From a virus (lineage: Duplodnaviria; Heunggongvirae; Uroviricota; Caudoviricetes): a stretch of 52,341 nucleotides of DNA. The translations under genes were made by a program, and so were the position numbers. Of this stretch, positions 41,195-50,684 are shown piece by piece. Below the pieces are notes generated by a model, which worked only from the letters and a program-made list of their open reading frames with translations, was not told the DNA's origin and ran no database searches. Within the stretch, counting starts at the first letter, position 1. Each line of letters begins with the position of its first letter. The stretch lies in the IMG/VR virus record IMGVR_UViG_3300013126_000013. One strand, written 5' to 3'.

Positions 41195-41859
41195 TCTCTC
41201 ACACTGTAAACACTACCGCTTTTTTTGATTACTTCTGTAGCAAGAGTATAATCATTACCACCAGGCATAATTTTATCACCAAAGAAGTGTAGCCTATCAT
41301 CTGAAGCGAAGTCACGAATGATCTGAGACTTGTCTTCTCCAGCTCTCATAATATCGATACCCGTCTCACCTGCTACTTGAGCAACGAATCCAGGCCGAAA
41401 GTAGTTATTAAACGCTTCAGTAATCGTACGACGCTCGTTGTGTTCTTCGTCGTACTTCACATAAGCTGAACGTTGATCCCTTGTTGCACCACGTCCAAGA
41501 ATACTAAAGTTGATAAGCCCTGGACGTACATCGACATGTTGGCCAGTCCGTACTGAATAGTTGCTCAGATTCAACCACACTGAGAAGAATTTGTTCATAT
41601 CATCAGTCGGTTCGAACGAGTTCACTCGAATGTTCTGGTCTTGTTCCCATACATCATTGCCAGAGCACTGATACACTCGAGCACAAGCATGCCAGACATC
41701 CTCTCCAATCTGCTCGATCGTCTTTGCTTTATCACTACCAGTCACAATGTATACTGCGTTGTTTAGGCAAAAACGCAAAAACCAAGTTTTGAAGATAGGA
41801 TCGATCACGTCACGAGATGGCGTAAGAGTGCCATCTACATCAAAAATAAATCTATTCAT
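41158..41859 (-). CDS. Eukaryote-type phosphomannomutase-like HAD (IIB) phosphomutase
   Basis: FDVDGTLTPSR, VTGSD, R.GLINFSILGR, R..YV.YD....ER, GETGIDI, DKSQ, FFGDK..PGGNDY. Confidence 0.85.
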   Translation of the reverse strand: MNRFIFDVDGTLTPSRDVIDPIFKTWFLRFCLNNAVYIVTGSDKAKTIEQIGEDVWHACARVYQCSGNDVWEQDQNIRVNSFEPTDDMNKFFSVWLNLSNYSVRTGQHVDVRPGLINFSILGRGATRDQRSAYVKYDEEHNERRTITEAFNNYFRPGFVAQVAGETGIDIMRAGEDKSQIIRDFASDDRLHFFGDKIMPGGNDYTLATEVIKKSGSVYSVRDWRETWHHLKRS

Positions 41860-42001
41860 TGGTCTCCCACCATTTTTGAATCATTTTTGACCGCTCAGTG
41901 TAGAGCGGCTGAATATATTTTTCATTTACCTTTTCGGTCTCAAGAACCACAATGCGGTCTGTGATATTTTTTAGTTCTTCTTCAAATTGTTTCTTCGACA
42001 T
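41852..42001 (-). CDS. 49-aa hypothetical protein
   Basis: Manual translation: MSKKQFEEELKNITDRIVVLETEKVNEKYIQPLYTERSKMIQKWWETNE; GAGG RBS. Confidence 0.55.
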   Translation of the reverse strand: MSKKQFEEELKNITDRIVVLETEKVNEKYIQPLYTERSKMIQKWWETNE

Positions 42002-42008
42002 GTTATCC

Positions 42009-43718
42009 TCATGCTGCTATTTGACTGAAGTTCTTTTTCTTTTCAAATTTAATTACATGGTCAAACTTGTCGTGTAGAGAGTCTCCCTTATGGCTAATGA
42101 TGAAAACGTTCGAGTCAGCAGTGATCTCGTTCACGATCTTCAGGAACTCGTCAGTGCCAGCTTGGTCAAGAGAACCATCAAGCACCTCGTCCATGATAAG
42201 AAGGTTTGTTGTCACAGAGTTACGGAGCTTTGAAACTGCTCGCCAAGTAAACATCAAAGCCAAGTCGATGCGAAGCTTTTCACCTTCACTGAACGAAGCA
42301 TATGAAAACTCATCACGAAACCGAGACAGAATCTTTTCGTTGAAGCTTTCATCGAGCTGAAAATCAACGAAGAATTCCATGGCGGCAAGGTATTTATTAA
42401 TCAACTTATTCATGATAGGAACATATTGTTTAATAATACGAGTCTTGATGCCGCCGTCTTTCAGCATCGAACCAACTACAGCAAGAGTTTCTTTATCTTC
42501 AGATAACTCTTTTGCTTTATCCATAAGAGCCTTTAGCTCTTCCTTGTATCCGATGATCTTACTAGTGTCGATTTCAGCAACGTTCTTTTCTGCTTCGTCA
42601 AGCTCATTTTTAAGTCCAACAATCGTCGACTTTGCGATTCGTATGTTCGCGGTATGCTCATTTCGAGCGAGACTGAGTCTATGTATTTCCGTTTCAATCT
42701 CGGCAATATCGGACAACCGTTCTTCGACTTTCGCTGCCTTGTCATCAAGGACCAGTATGGCGTTTTCGATCTCAGAAATTTTTCCAGACTTTTCGCTAAT
42801 GGTCGATACTTTAAAGTCGTGTTCAATTCCTTGTCGACAAGTGGGACAATTGTCATGCGCATGATAAAATTTAACATCCTTATGAAGAGTGCTCAACTTC
42901 GTATTCAGGTCGCCTCTAAGAGTCTTAAACTGTTGCAGTTTGCTTAGAGTATCAGGTTTATCAGAAACTGTGCCGATAAGTGCGGTTACTTGTTCTTCGA
43001 GCTCTTCTGATCGGCTCTCTTCGCCTTCAATAAACTCAATACGCTCTCGCATCTTCTCTTTAATGCGAGACACTTCGCTTTCCTTCAACTTACGAATAGA
43101 CTCATTATGTTCTTTTGCAGAATCGATCTTTGTCTTTACAAGATCAACATCGTACTTAATCTGCATCAGATCGGCCTTGTTCGTATTTACTTTCTCTTTT
43201 AAGAGATTGTTCATCGTGCTAAAGATCTGAATATCAAGAAGATCTTCGATTACTTCTCGACGGTGCTGAGCTGGAAGTTGCATGAAAGGAACAAACGTAG
43301 AACTACCGAGCACAACAACTTGCCCAAAGGACTTGTAGTTCATCTTAAGAATATTATCTTCAAGGTATGCCTGATAGTCACGAGCAGATGCGTCTTGATT
43401 GAGAAGCTCGCCATTCTTCCAGATCTCAAAGATGTTTGGCTTCATACCACGTTTGATTACAAACTCGGCGCCGTTGGAGGAAAAGTAAACTTCAACTGCG
43501 AGATCTCGCTGGTTAATCGAGTTCATTAACTGCGGTTTATTGATCTTACGAAAAGCTTTACCATACAGAGCAAAAGAGATGGCGTCAAGGATAGTTGACT
43601 TACCTGCGCCATTTTCGCCGACTATCAGCGTACTTTTATTACGATTGAGTTCGATTGTCGTCCAAGCATTACCTGTCGACAGAATGTTTTTATATTTTAC
43701 TTGTGTAAAGGTTAACAT
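42009..43718 (-). CDS. 46: Recombination nuclease ATPase subunit (T4 gp46, Rad50/SbcC-like)
   Basis: GENGAGKST, CPTC hook, FSEGEK.RIDLAL, LIMDEVLDGSLD, IISH. Confidence 0.97.
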   Translation of the reverse strand: MLTFTQVKYKNILSTGNAWTTIELNRNKSTLIVGENGAGKSTILDAISFALYGKAFRKINKPQLMNSINQRDLAVEVYFSSNGAEFVIKRGMKPNIFEIWKNGELLNQDASARDYQAYLEDNILKMNYKSFGQVVVLGSSTFVPFMQLPAQHRREVIEDLLDIQIFSTMNNLLKEKVNTNKADLMQIKYDVDLVKTKIDSAKEHNESIRKLKESEVSRIKEKMRERIEFIEGEESRSEELEEQVTALIGTVSDKPDTLSKLQQFKTLRGDLNTKLSTLHKDVKFYHAHDNCPTCRQGIEHDFKVSTISEKSGKISEIENAILVLDDKAAKVEERLSDIAEIETEIHRLSLARNEHTANIRIAKSTIVGLKNELDEAEKNVAEIDTSKIIGYKEELKALMDKAKELSEDKETLAVVGSMLKDGGIKTRIIKQYVPIMNKLINKYLAAMEFFVDFQLDESFNEKILSRFRDEFSYASFSEGEKLRIDLALMFTWRAVSKLRNSVTTNLLIMDEVLDGSLDQAGTDEFLKIVNEITADSNVFIISHKGDSLHDKFDHVIKFEKKKNFSQIAA

Positions 43719-44779
43719 TAAAGACTCACTGCCTCTTGGTAAAGATCATGTAAAAATGTATTGATTCGTTCTTTATTCGTCTTTACTTCAAGGCTATCTA
43801 CATAGACACGGAGCAAAGACAATGTATCCTGTGCCTCATCAACAAGCTCGCCTTCATCGATGATGTCAAAGTTAAGGTGGTCTTCAACAACTTTGATGTC
43901 AGCAGCTCCGGCCGATTGAAGCTTGTCGATGAACAAATCAAAGATGTATGGGTTGTTCTTCTTCTTAACTATAACCTTAACGTAGGCAGATGTCAACATC
44001 GAAACATCAAGAGAGTCAATATCTTCAACGGTAAGGTCTGCATCATCATAGTCCAGCTTGTGGAAGATCGAGAATGGATTCTGAATGAACTCCATCTCAA
44101 GTGTTTCAGTATCAAAAATATGGAATCCGCGTTTACCTGCGTAGTCAGTCCAAGTCATCTCATACGGTGCACCGAGGTATGTGATGTTCTCGTGGCTTGA
44201 TGGGTGGTGATAGTGGCCAGAGTACACTGCAAGAAACTTCTTGAATTCACCTCGATCGAGACCGTGATCTGATACTTGTCCCTTCATCATCTCAAAACCA
44301 GCAAATTCGAAGTGACCCATTACGATCTTCGCCGTAGTTTCTTTGAAAGTTTTGAAAGAAACTTCCGCGTTGCTGGGGCAGATCCAAGGCGATAGCAGAA
44401 CATCACAAGTTCCAAGAGTAACAGTAACCGGCTCATGAGTGTAAACATTGTAGTTGTCATACTCCTTGAGTAGTAACTCCATCGTGTTGATTTCGTTCGT
44501 GTTCTTAAAATAAGTGGTATGATTGCCGACAACAGAATGTACAGTGATGCTACGTTCTTTCAGAGGCTCAAAGTACATTTGTTTGGCCCTGCGCAGAGTA
44601 ACGAAATTTATGTATTTGCGGCGGTCGAACGTGTCTCCAAGATCGAGAACCGTGTCAATACCACGAGCATCAAGTGTCGGGAAGAACACTTCGCGGTAAA
44701 ACTTTTCGTAGTAATCAAGGAACAGCAGGCTATCACCTCGAACACCAAAGTGTTGGTCAGTAATGACTGCTACCTTCAT
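43718..44779 (-). CDS. 47: Recombination nuclease subunit (T4 gp47, Mre11/SbcD-like)
   Basis: ITDQHFG, LGDTFDRRK, VGNH, GHFE, SGHYH, YLGAPY..TW.D. Confidence 0.97.
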   Translation of the reverse strand: MKVAVITDQHFGVRGDSLLFLDYYEKFYREVFFPTLDARGIDTVLDLGDTFDRRKYINFVTLRRAKQMYFEPLKERSITVHSVVGNHTTYFKNTNEINTMELLLKEYDNYNVYTHEPVTVTLGTCDVLLSPWICPSNAEVSFKTFKETTAKIVMGHFEFAGFEMMKGQVSDHGLDRGEFKKFLAVYSGHYHHPSSHENITYLGAPYEMTWTDYAGKRGFHIFDTETLEMEFIQNPFSIFHKLDYDDADLTVEDIDSLDVSMLTSAYVKVIVKKKNNPYIFDLFIDKLQSAGAADIKVVEDHLNFDIIDEGELVDEAQDTLSLLRVYVDSLEVKTNKERINTFLHDLYQEAVSL

Positions 44780-45339
44780 TCTTCGTCACCCATGAACTTT
44801 TCAAGACCCTTCTTCTTCGTAGAAGTCTTCTTCTTGCTTTCAATCTTTGCTTCATACTTTTCAACAAAGTCGTTCATACGGTCATTTGACATTTCACGCA
44901 TCGAGGCAGCGTTGAAGTCACTATCAACTCCGCGTTCGAATGCAGTATCTGAGATGAGAGAATTTTCCATCACTTTGTGACGAATGTATGTTTGCTTCTT
45001 TTCTTTATGAATGCGACGAATAAAAGCAAACCAAATGACCTGAGTGAAATATGCGAATGGGTTGCTCGACTTCTCAGGATCAAAGTTGTTAACACACATT
45101 ATCGCGTTCTCTAAACCATCTGCAATCATATCGTCACGATAAGTGTAGTTAATGAAGTTTGGCTTATATGCGAGTCTGTTTGCAATCTGGTAGAGGCATT
45201 CACCAATGTAGTTTGGAATACGTGGTGGCTCTTCACCACTGTCTTCTGCCTCACGTACAGCCTTTTTGTACCTGATCATTGCTTCAAGGAACTCAGCGTT
45301 GTTCACATAGTTCCGCTTTTTTCTCGGTGTAAGGGTCAT
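44776..45339 (-). CDS. 55: Late sigma factor (T4 gp55)
   Basis: NYVNN.EFL.A, YIGEC...IA, PNFINYTYRDDMI.DG.EN, FDPEKS.NPFAYFTQ; C-terminal LEKFM clamp-like peptide. Confidence 0.96.
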   Translation of the reverse strand: MTLTPRKKRNYVNNAEFLEAMIRYKKAVREAEDSGEEPPRIPNYIGECLYQIANRLAYKPNFINYTYRDDMIADGLENAIMCVNNFDPEKSSNPFAYFTQVIWFAFIRRIHKEKKQTYIRHKVMENSLISDTAFERGVDSDFNAASMREMSNDRMNDFVEKYEAKIESKKKTSTKKKGLEKFMGDEE

Positions 45340-45368
45340 TCTCCCTCCTTTTCTTGTTGTATTGACTA

Positions 45369-45397
45369 AGTATATCACGTACAAACAAAAATGTCAA
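45369..45397 (-). promoter_or_regulatory. sigma70-type promoter for 55-47-46
   Basis: TTGACA-N17-TATACT. Confidence 0.75.
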
Positions 45398-45422
45398 CAA
45401 GTCTTTTCTTTCAACTTTTTTG

Positions 45423-45450
45423 TTGACATCTTCGCAGAAGTGAGTATAAT
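45423..45450 (+). promoter_or_regulatory. Consensus sigma70 promoter facing antisense into the uvsW operon
   Basis: TTGACA-N16-TATAAT on the plus strand, with no plausible plus-strand ORF downstream. Confidence 0.55.
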
Positions 45451-45470
45451 GAATTTATGGTATTGAAATA

Positions 45471-45842
45471 TTAATTCTTAGTAGCTGTCTTGGACTCTAC
45501 TAAGGCTGCAAAGAGTTCTTCTAGCTCAGAAGTAAATTCTGAGTCTTCTTCCATTTGTTTGATCTGTGATTTCTCATGAATACGGTGCATAAACTCTTCG
45601 TAATAATCAATAGCTTTACTGGAAGCTTTGCTTGCAAAGATTACAAAGTCCATGGGTATAAGAATACTATTTCCATCGGTGAGTAGCAACCAGCTTTTTG
45701 CAAAAAGTCCGAGGGTCGGATCGATCTGCACAGAGATCGGAGCATGCAGCTCTACCTGATTTCCTTTGTAAGCAACAAAGGACAGTAGATCTTCTCCGTT
45801 TTTTAATTTGACGTGCTGTAAAACTTGATCTTTCATGTTCAT
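45471..45842 (-). CDS. Conserved hypothetical protein between uvsW and 55
   Basis: HVKLKNGEDLL...P...W; typical synteny of T4-like phages. Confidence 0.7.
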   Translation of the reverse strand: MNMKDQVLQHVKLKNGEDLLSFVAYKGNQVELHAPISVQIDPTLGLFAKSWLLLTDGNSILIPMDFVIFASKASSKAIDYYEEFMHRIHEKSQIKQMEEDSEFTSELEELFAALVESKTATKN

Positions 45843-47296
45843 CCTTTCACATCCACATTGTAGATCTTAAATTCAAAACCCTCTTCACTATAGATTTTTA
45901 CTCTTTCCATGAAGTGCTTAACAGCAAAGTTTTGAGTATTCTTCCACTGTAAGTCGTCAACGACATCATACAATACTGCAGATGATTTGTCTTTACCTTT
46001 ACGAAGTACTCGGCCGATTGATTGAAGATTCCGAATTCGACCTTTTGAAGGAGAAGCAAAGATAAGATTATCCAACTCTGGAATATTTATACCTGTAGAA
46101 AACGTGCCATACGAGGCACAGATGATGTTGCCTTTCGTCTTTCGTACGTCATGTCGAATCGATTCACGGTCATCAGTTTTTACACCGCCGTGCACAAAGT
46201 AGACGTTGTGTTCTTCAGATTTGTTGAGCATGTCAAACAGTGCTTGGCCATGTTTATCCACATACTGAAACAGTATGAGAGTATTGCCAGGTAAATTCCA
46301 AGCAAGGTTTCGAATGAATAGATTACGAGATTGGTTTCTTACAATCCAGTCAATTTCTTCCTGATATGACTTACCTTTGTTCGCTTTCTTTACGTCATCC
46401 GGGTATTTGAGTACTAATGCTTTGATCTTGAAGCTTGCGAGAACGTTGTCGTCGATCAGCTTCTTTGTCTTTGTCACAGTAAATACTGTACCAAATAATC
46501 CTTCAAGAACAAGCTTGTGCGTCTGAGTGCCGTCAAGTGTACCAGTAAGACCATAACGATATTTTACATGCGGCATCTTCTCGAGAATCGAAGTAAGAGA
46601 CTTTGCTTTAAAGTTGTGAGCTTCATCGCCGAATACAACATCAAATTTTTCAAAGAATGTCTTAGGCATCTTGTATACAGACTGCCATGTCGTAATTGTA
46701 ATCTCAGCATCTACATTCTTATCAATACCACCTCGAATCTTATGAATATCTAACTTCTTTCCCTTATTATATTCGATAAAGTCAGAAGCCATCTGATCAA
46801 CAAGAGACGTAGTCGGCACTACAATCAGAATCTTACGGTCAAACATAAGATGATGTGCCATAATGAGATAAATGATAAATGATTTACCAGAAGCCGTTGG
46901 CGAGAGAAATAAAGCTCTATTTTGTCGAATGGCATGCACAATCGCATCATTTTGATAATCACGAACTTCAAATGCTGCATCTACCTGTTTTGCTAGATCA
47001 TACCCGTAATCATCAGGTACTGCTTCTGTTTCTCCAAGCTCTTTTGCTACAGAGCATTCATAGCCTCTTTGATCACAAAACTTTTTGATGTATGGGACTA
47101 GACCTGCATATATGTAGCCAGTCATAGTATTTAATAGTCGAACTTTGCCGTCCCAAACTTTGTTCCGAACGGCTGGCATAAATTTAGCTCCAGGTACTTC
47201 AAACGTGAAGTACTCTGACATTTCCATTTTCAGTGAAGGTTCTGCTAGAACACGCACAAACACCTCATTCACTTTTTCAACAGTTACTAAATCCAT
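45839..47296 (-). CDS. uvsW: SF2 DNA helicase UvsW
   Basis: WDGKVRL, RDYQ, SPTASGKS, VPTTSLV.QM, GDEAH, GLTGT, TFSTGINI, LQSIGR.LR. Confidence 0.97.
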   Translation of the reverse strand: MDLVTVEKVNEVFVRVLAEPSLKMEMSEYFTFEVPGAKFMPAVRNKVWDGKVRLLNTMTGYIYAGLVPYIKKFCDQRGYECSVAKELGETEAVPDDYGYDLAKQVDAAFEVRDYQNDAIVHAIRQNRALFLSPTASGKSFIIYLIMAHHLMFDRKILIVVPTTSLVDQMASDFIEYNKGKKLDIHKIRGGIDKNVDAEITITTWQSVYKMPKTFFEKFDVVFGDEAHNFKAKSLTSILEKMPHVKYRYGLTGTLDGTQTHKLVLEGLFGTVFTVTKTKKLIDDNVLASFKIKALVLKYPDDVKKANKGKSYQEEIDWIVRNQSRNLFIRNLAWNLPGNTLILFQYVDKHGQALFDMLNKSEEHNVYFVHGGVKTDDRESIRHDVRKTKGNIICASYGTFSTGINIPELDNLIFASPSKGRIRNLQSIGRVLRKGKDKSSAVLYDVVDDLQWKNTQNFAVKHFMERVKIYSEEGFEFKIYNVDVKG

Positions 47297-47730
47297 TATG
47301 CTCCAGTTCTGAACTTCTCCCAATCAACGATTGTTTTAAGCAGAAAGTTTCTATTACTAATATGTTTAATGATTGATTCGAGATATGCTACGATCTCTTC
47401 TTGAAGTCCTATCTTTAAAGATAGTTTGATCACTTCTGGATCTGCTTCAAGATAGGAAGGTACATCAGCGCGAAGAATTTTAAGAGGCTGAGGTTTCCAC
47501 CCATGCTCTTTCAGTTCTTCATCGTCAAGTTCTCCTCGGTACCACTCGCCTTTGCGCTTGTAGAGAACTTTGTATTCGGCTTTTAGTTTCTTCAGCTTTA
47601 AGCCTTCTTCAACATACCATCTGAAGTATTTATTGTGAAGCTTCGGGATATCTGTAGTTGACTTTGAGATGTTAGCTTGATCAATCTCACCATCTTTTGC
47701 CCATTCATTATATAGCGTTTCAATATCCAT
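47296..47730 (-). CDS. uvsY: Recombination mediator UvsY
   Basis: W.KD..ID, IPKLH.KY, EWY.G, YLEAD, YLESII..I.NR.F.....DW.KF..G. Confidence 0.92.
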   Translation of the reverse strand: MDIETLYNEWAKDGEIDQANISKSTTDIPKLHNKYFRWYVEEGLKLKKLKAEYKVLYKRKGEWYRGELDDEELKEHGWKPQPLKILRADVPSYLEADPEVIKLSLKIGLQEEIVAYLESIIKHISNRNFLLKTIVDWEKFRTGA

Positions 47731-47757
47731 AACCAATCTCCTTCGCGTTTACATAAC

Positions 47758-47786
47758 ATACTATCACACGTTAGAAAGAATGTCAA
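47758..47786 (-). promoter_or_regulatory. sigma70-type promoter for uvsY-uvsW
   Basis: TTGACA-N17-TAGTAT. Confidence 0.7.
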
Positions 47787-48274
47787 CCACTGATTCTCTT
47801 TACAGTATGCCCGTTGTGTTCGAAAGTGATATCACAGGTGACGTAGTTGATCGAAGATTGAGTTGTATCAAACCGAATATCACTTATTGATACTGGAAAT
47901 ACATCCTTGTAGTATACTTCGAGGGCAGGATTTTGTCTGCTATTCAGTACGATTAGAGAAGCATCAGAGTAGATTCCGTATTCGCCAGATTCGAGAGCAG
48001 CAAACTGCGAATATGATTCATTCTTCGTGAGTGCAACCATCCAATTGTATATTTCGTTATACGATTCCATGTATTCATCTACACGAATAGTCACAGTAAA
48101 TGAGTCATGATTTAGTTTATCACCAGCGAACTTAAGTGTTTTAAAGGGTGTAGGAGAAGGAGTGAATCCCATGCTCATACCTGGAATACTTGCAGACTGA
48201 ATATAAAATGAAACGTTTGGCAGTCTTTTGACCACAAATCTAAATCCAGTTGGAGAAAGAAAGTTTTGCTGCAT
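47783..48274 (-). CDS. 3: Tail completion / tube terminator (T4 gp3-like)
   Basis: NFLSPTGF.F....PNV.F..QSA.IPG, F.V...VDE.M..Y.EI.NW, SDASL.VL, F.DVFP-like YKDVFPVS. Confidence 0.85.
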   Translation of the reverse strand: MQQNFLSPTGFRFVVKRLPNVSFYIQSASIPGMSMGFTPSPTPFKTLKFAGDKLNHDSFTVTIRVDEYMESYNEIYNWMVALTKNESYSQFAALESGEYGIYSDASLIVLNSRQNPALEVYYKDVFPVSISDIRFDTTQSSINYVTCDITFEHNGHTVKRISG

Positions 48275-48299
48275 AGTTTACCTCAGTTGATACTTACTA

Positions 48300-48307
48300 T
48301 ATTTATA
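48300..48307 (-). promoter_or_regulatory. T4-type late promoter (gene 3)
   Basis: Exact TATAAATA. Confidence 0.8.
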
Positions 48308-48311
48308 GCAC

Positions 48312-48339
48312 CAAAGAAAAAGGGAGCCCGAAGGCTCCC
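48312..48339 (-). terminator. Intrinsic terminator after gene 23
   Basis: GGGAGCC-TTCG-GGCTCCC followed by TTTTTCTTT. Confidence 0.85.
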
Positions 48340-48369
48340 AGTTCTGGTAGGTTATCCCTACTCTTTTTA

Positions 48370-49653
48370 TTAGAGGATGTTGGTAACGCGAACGCGACGG
48401 TAGTACTTGTTCGAGTTAGCGGTGAGACCGGAGTCACCATCGCCGTCAACCCACTTGGTCGAACCTTTTGCGAATGGGTTAGCAACCATGCCGTAGCGGG
48501 TTTTGAAGCCGATTTTAGCCTGGAAGCTGTTCTCGCCAACTGCACGAACCATCTGTAGTGGGACGTATGGGCAGTAGAACATACCTGCGTCGAAAGGTGA
48601 AGAGCCCTTGTAACCAACGACCATGTAGTTTGCACCAGCATATGGGTCGATGTATACACGGAAGCGACCATTGAGAACACCTGCGAAGGTATTGCCAGTG
48701 TCGTCTACGTTAAGAGCGTTGCTGTTAAGTGCTGGGGTATAGTCAAGGATACCAGCCATCTGAAGAGCAGATGCAACATCTGACGAGCAGATGATGATGT
48801 TACCCTTACCACGACGGGTGTCTTTTGCAAGCTGGTTAGCTTCGCGCTCGATCTGGAACATAAGACCCTTGAACTTCTCAACTGACCAGCGGCCATTTGC
48901 GTCAACGTCAAGGTCGAAGATACCAGCAGTTGCGGTACCAGTTTGTGCACCGGTGACTGCAGTGTTGTAGACTGTGCGAACAACTTCACGGTTGATTTCT
49001 GCAAGAAGCTCAGCCTGAAGCATATTTGCAAGCTCAGTCTCTGCGTCAAGGCCGTGAATTGCTTTCAAGTCCTGTGCAAGTTCACTGGTGTATTCTGCTT
49101 TAAGCGCACGGCTCTTAGCAGTAACCGAAACCTTCGAAATGTCGAATGACATTTGTGCGAAGTCAGTGCCAGCGCCGTCGCCAAGAGCTTCAGCAGCTGC
49201 GGTTGACATACCAGTACCGGTGTTTGCAGTATCTGCAGTACCAGTTGTACCAGCCATTGTGCCGGTGCCTGAGAAGTCGGTGTCAGCTTCGCCGTAGAAA
49301 GCTTCTGCTGTTGCAGCAGTGGTGTTTGCGTAGTTTGAACGCATTGCGAAGATCAAGCCGGTTGGGCCAGTCATTGGCTGAACGCCAGCAATATCGTATG
49401 CGATCAAGTTAGGCATTGCACGACGAACGAGGCTAATAAGCACTGGGTCGTAGTTTGCAGCAACACCTGTGGCATTCACTGGTGCTTCTGTTAGGAAAGA
49501 ACCGGAACCGTATGTCTGACCTTCCTTGATAGCGACTTCGGTGTTCTCGAGAAGCTGAGCGGTGACAGCTTTACGATGCGCATCCTTGATCGATGGAAGA
49601 GCAGTGTGCTCAAGCACTGGGCCCCACTTCTTCAATAGTTCTTCGTTTCTCAT
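48370..49653 (-). CDS. 23: Major capsid protein (T4 gp23)
   Basis: KW.PVL, AQLLEN, YDPVLISLVRRAMPNL.AYDI.GVQPMTGPTGLIFAMR, KSRALKAEY..ELAQDL.AIHGLDAE, YCPYVPL; maturation site FLTE/APVN. Confidence 0.99.
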   Translation of the reverse strand: MRNEELLKKWGPVLEHTALPSIKDAHRKAVTAQLLENTEVAIKEGQTYGSGSFLTEAPVNATGVAANYDPVLISLVRRAMPNLIAYDIAGVQPMTGPTGLIFAMRSNYANTTAATAEAFYGEADTDFSGTGTMAGTTGTADTANTGTGMSTAAAEALGDGAGTDFAQMSFDISKVSVTAKSRALKAEYTSELAQDLKAIHGLDAETELANMLQAELLAEINREVVRTVYNTAVTGAQTGTATAGIFDLDVDANGRWSVEKFKGLMFQIEREANQLAKDTRRGKGNIIICSSDVASALQMAGILDYTPALNSNALNVDDTGNTFAGVLNGRFRVYIDPYAGANYMVVGYKGSSPFDAGMFYCPYVPLQMVRAVGENSFQAKIGFKTRYGMVANPFAKGSTKWVDGDGDSGLTANSNKYYRRVRVTNIL

Positions 49654-49688
49654 TTTTTATGATCTCCTTTGATGGATTTAATCTAGTA

Positions 49689-49696
49689 TATTTATA
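49689..49696 (-). promoter_or_regulatory. T4-type late promoter (gene 23)
   Basis: Exact TATAAATA. Confidence 0.8.
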
Positions 49697-49700
49697 TAAA

Positions 49701-50618
49701 TTAAGATTTACTAAATTTGTTTAGCGATGCGACGTAAGCCGAAACCGAAGGATCGAGTACAGGAGTTTTTACTTCTTCTACTTCCTCTTCAAGGACTTCT
49801 GCTTGATCTTCTGCACGAACAACTTGCTCGGTGAAGTATGATTCTTTGATGGTTTCAAGCTTCTTTGCAAAGTCATCAACTGACTCATAAGAAACACCTT
49901 CTGCAAGAACCTTAAAGCGCTCTGCATCAGTAGCTACCATGCCTTCAGTGAAGTGTGCAAGTGCTGCATTCTTCTGAAGCTCTTCTTTTTCTGCACGCTC
50001 TGCAAGAAGCTCTTCGAATAGAGCATTGTACTTAGCGTTTGACTGAGCAACTTCTTCTTCCATTGCAGCAAGTGCTTCAAGCTCTTCGTCTGCAACTTCG
50101 ATATTATGATCTTCAACAAGTGACTTAAGACCAGCGATGATCGACTCAGCTACTTCAACTTTGTAGCCAGACTCAAGAGCGACTTCGTTTTCTTTCATCC
50201 AGTTCTCAACTACGTAGTCAAGGTATGAATCAACTTTGTCGGTAAGGTCTTCTACAATCGCTTCAACCTGCTCAGCAAGATCAGCTTCGAACTGCTCTTC
50301 AAGCTCTGCGCGGGCTGCTTCTACTTTCTCGTGAAGTGCTGCTTCAAAAATAGTAGTAGTCTTAGTCTTGAAGTCTTCGGAAAGATCTGCATCACCAAAG
50401 ATAGCTTCGATCATTTCATGAAGACCGGCATTGTTGCTACCCTGTGGGGTCTTAACATTCTTTTCAATGTTGTCTGCTTGTGCAGTCGAGTCAGATTTGA
50501 AAGCATCTGCTTTGCGCTTTTTTACAGCGCCGCCAGCTGGTGTAACTGGATCGGCTGACATGGAGTCTTCGCCAGTTGCTTTTGCTTCTTCTAACCCTTT
50601 TTCTAGATTTACATCCAT
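49701..50618 (-). CDS. 22: Prohead core scaffold (T4 gp22)
   Basis: LSEDFK.K...IFEAA, VD.YLDYVVE.WM.EN, KL..IKESYF, M/V..Y...L. Confidence 0.92.
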   Translation of the reverse strand: MDVNLEKGLEEAKATGEDSMSADPVTPAGGAVKKRKADAFKSDSTAQADNIEKNVKTPQGSNNAGLHEMIEAIFGDADLSEDFKTKTTTIFEAALHEKVEAARAELEEQFEADLAEQVEAIVEDLTDKVDSYLDYVVENWMKENEVALESGYKVEVAESIIAGLKSLVEDHNIEVADEELEALAAMEEEVAQSNAKYNALFEELLAERAEKEELQKNAALAHFTEGMVATDAERFKVLAEGVSYESVDDFAKKLETIKESYFTEQVVRAEDQAEVLEEEVEEVKTPVLDPSVSAYVASLNKFSKS

Positions 50619-50656
50619 TTAAGGTTCTCCTTTGTGATGATTCAAATAATCAATAT

Positions 50657-50664
50657 TATTTATA
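50657..50664 (-). promoter_or_regulatory. T4-type late promoter (gene 22)
   Basis: Exact TATAAATA. Confidence 0.8.
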
Positions 50665-50684
50665 ATATTTCAAATTTGGTTAAA

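Noticed and set aside
48303-48680. 125-aa minus-strand ORF overlapping the 3' end of gene 23
   Set aside because: Alternative frame of gp23 that runs through its terminator; no RBS.
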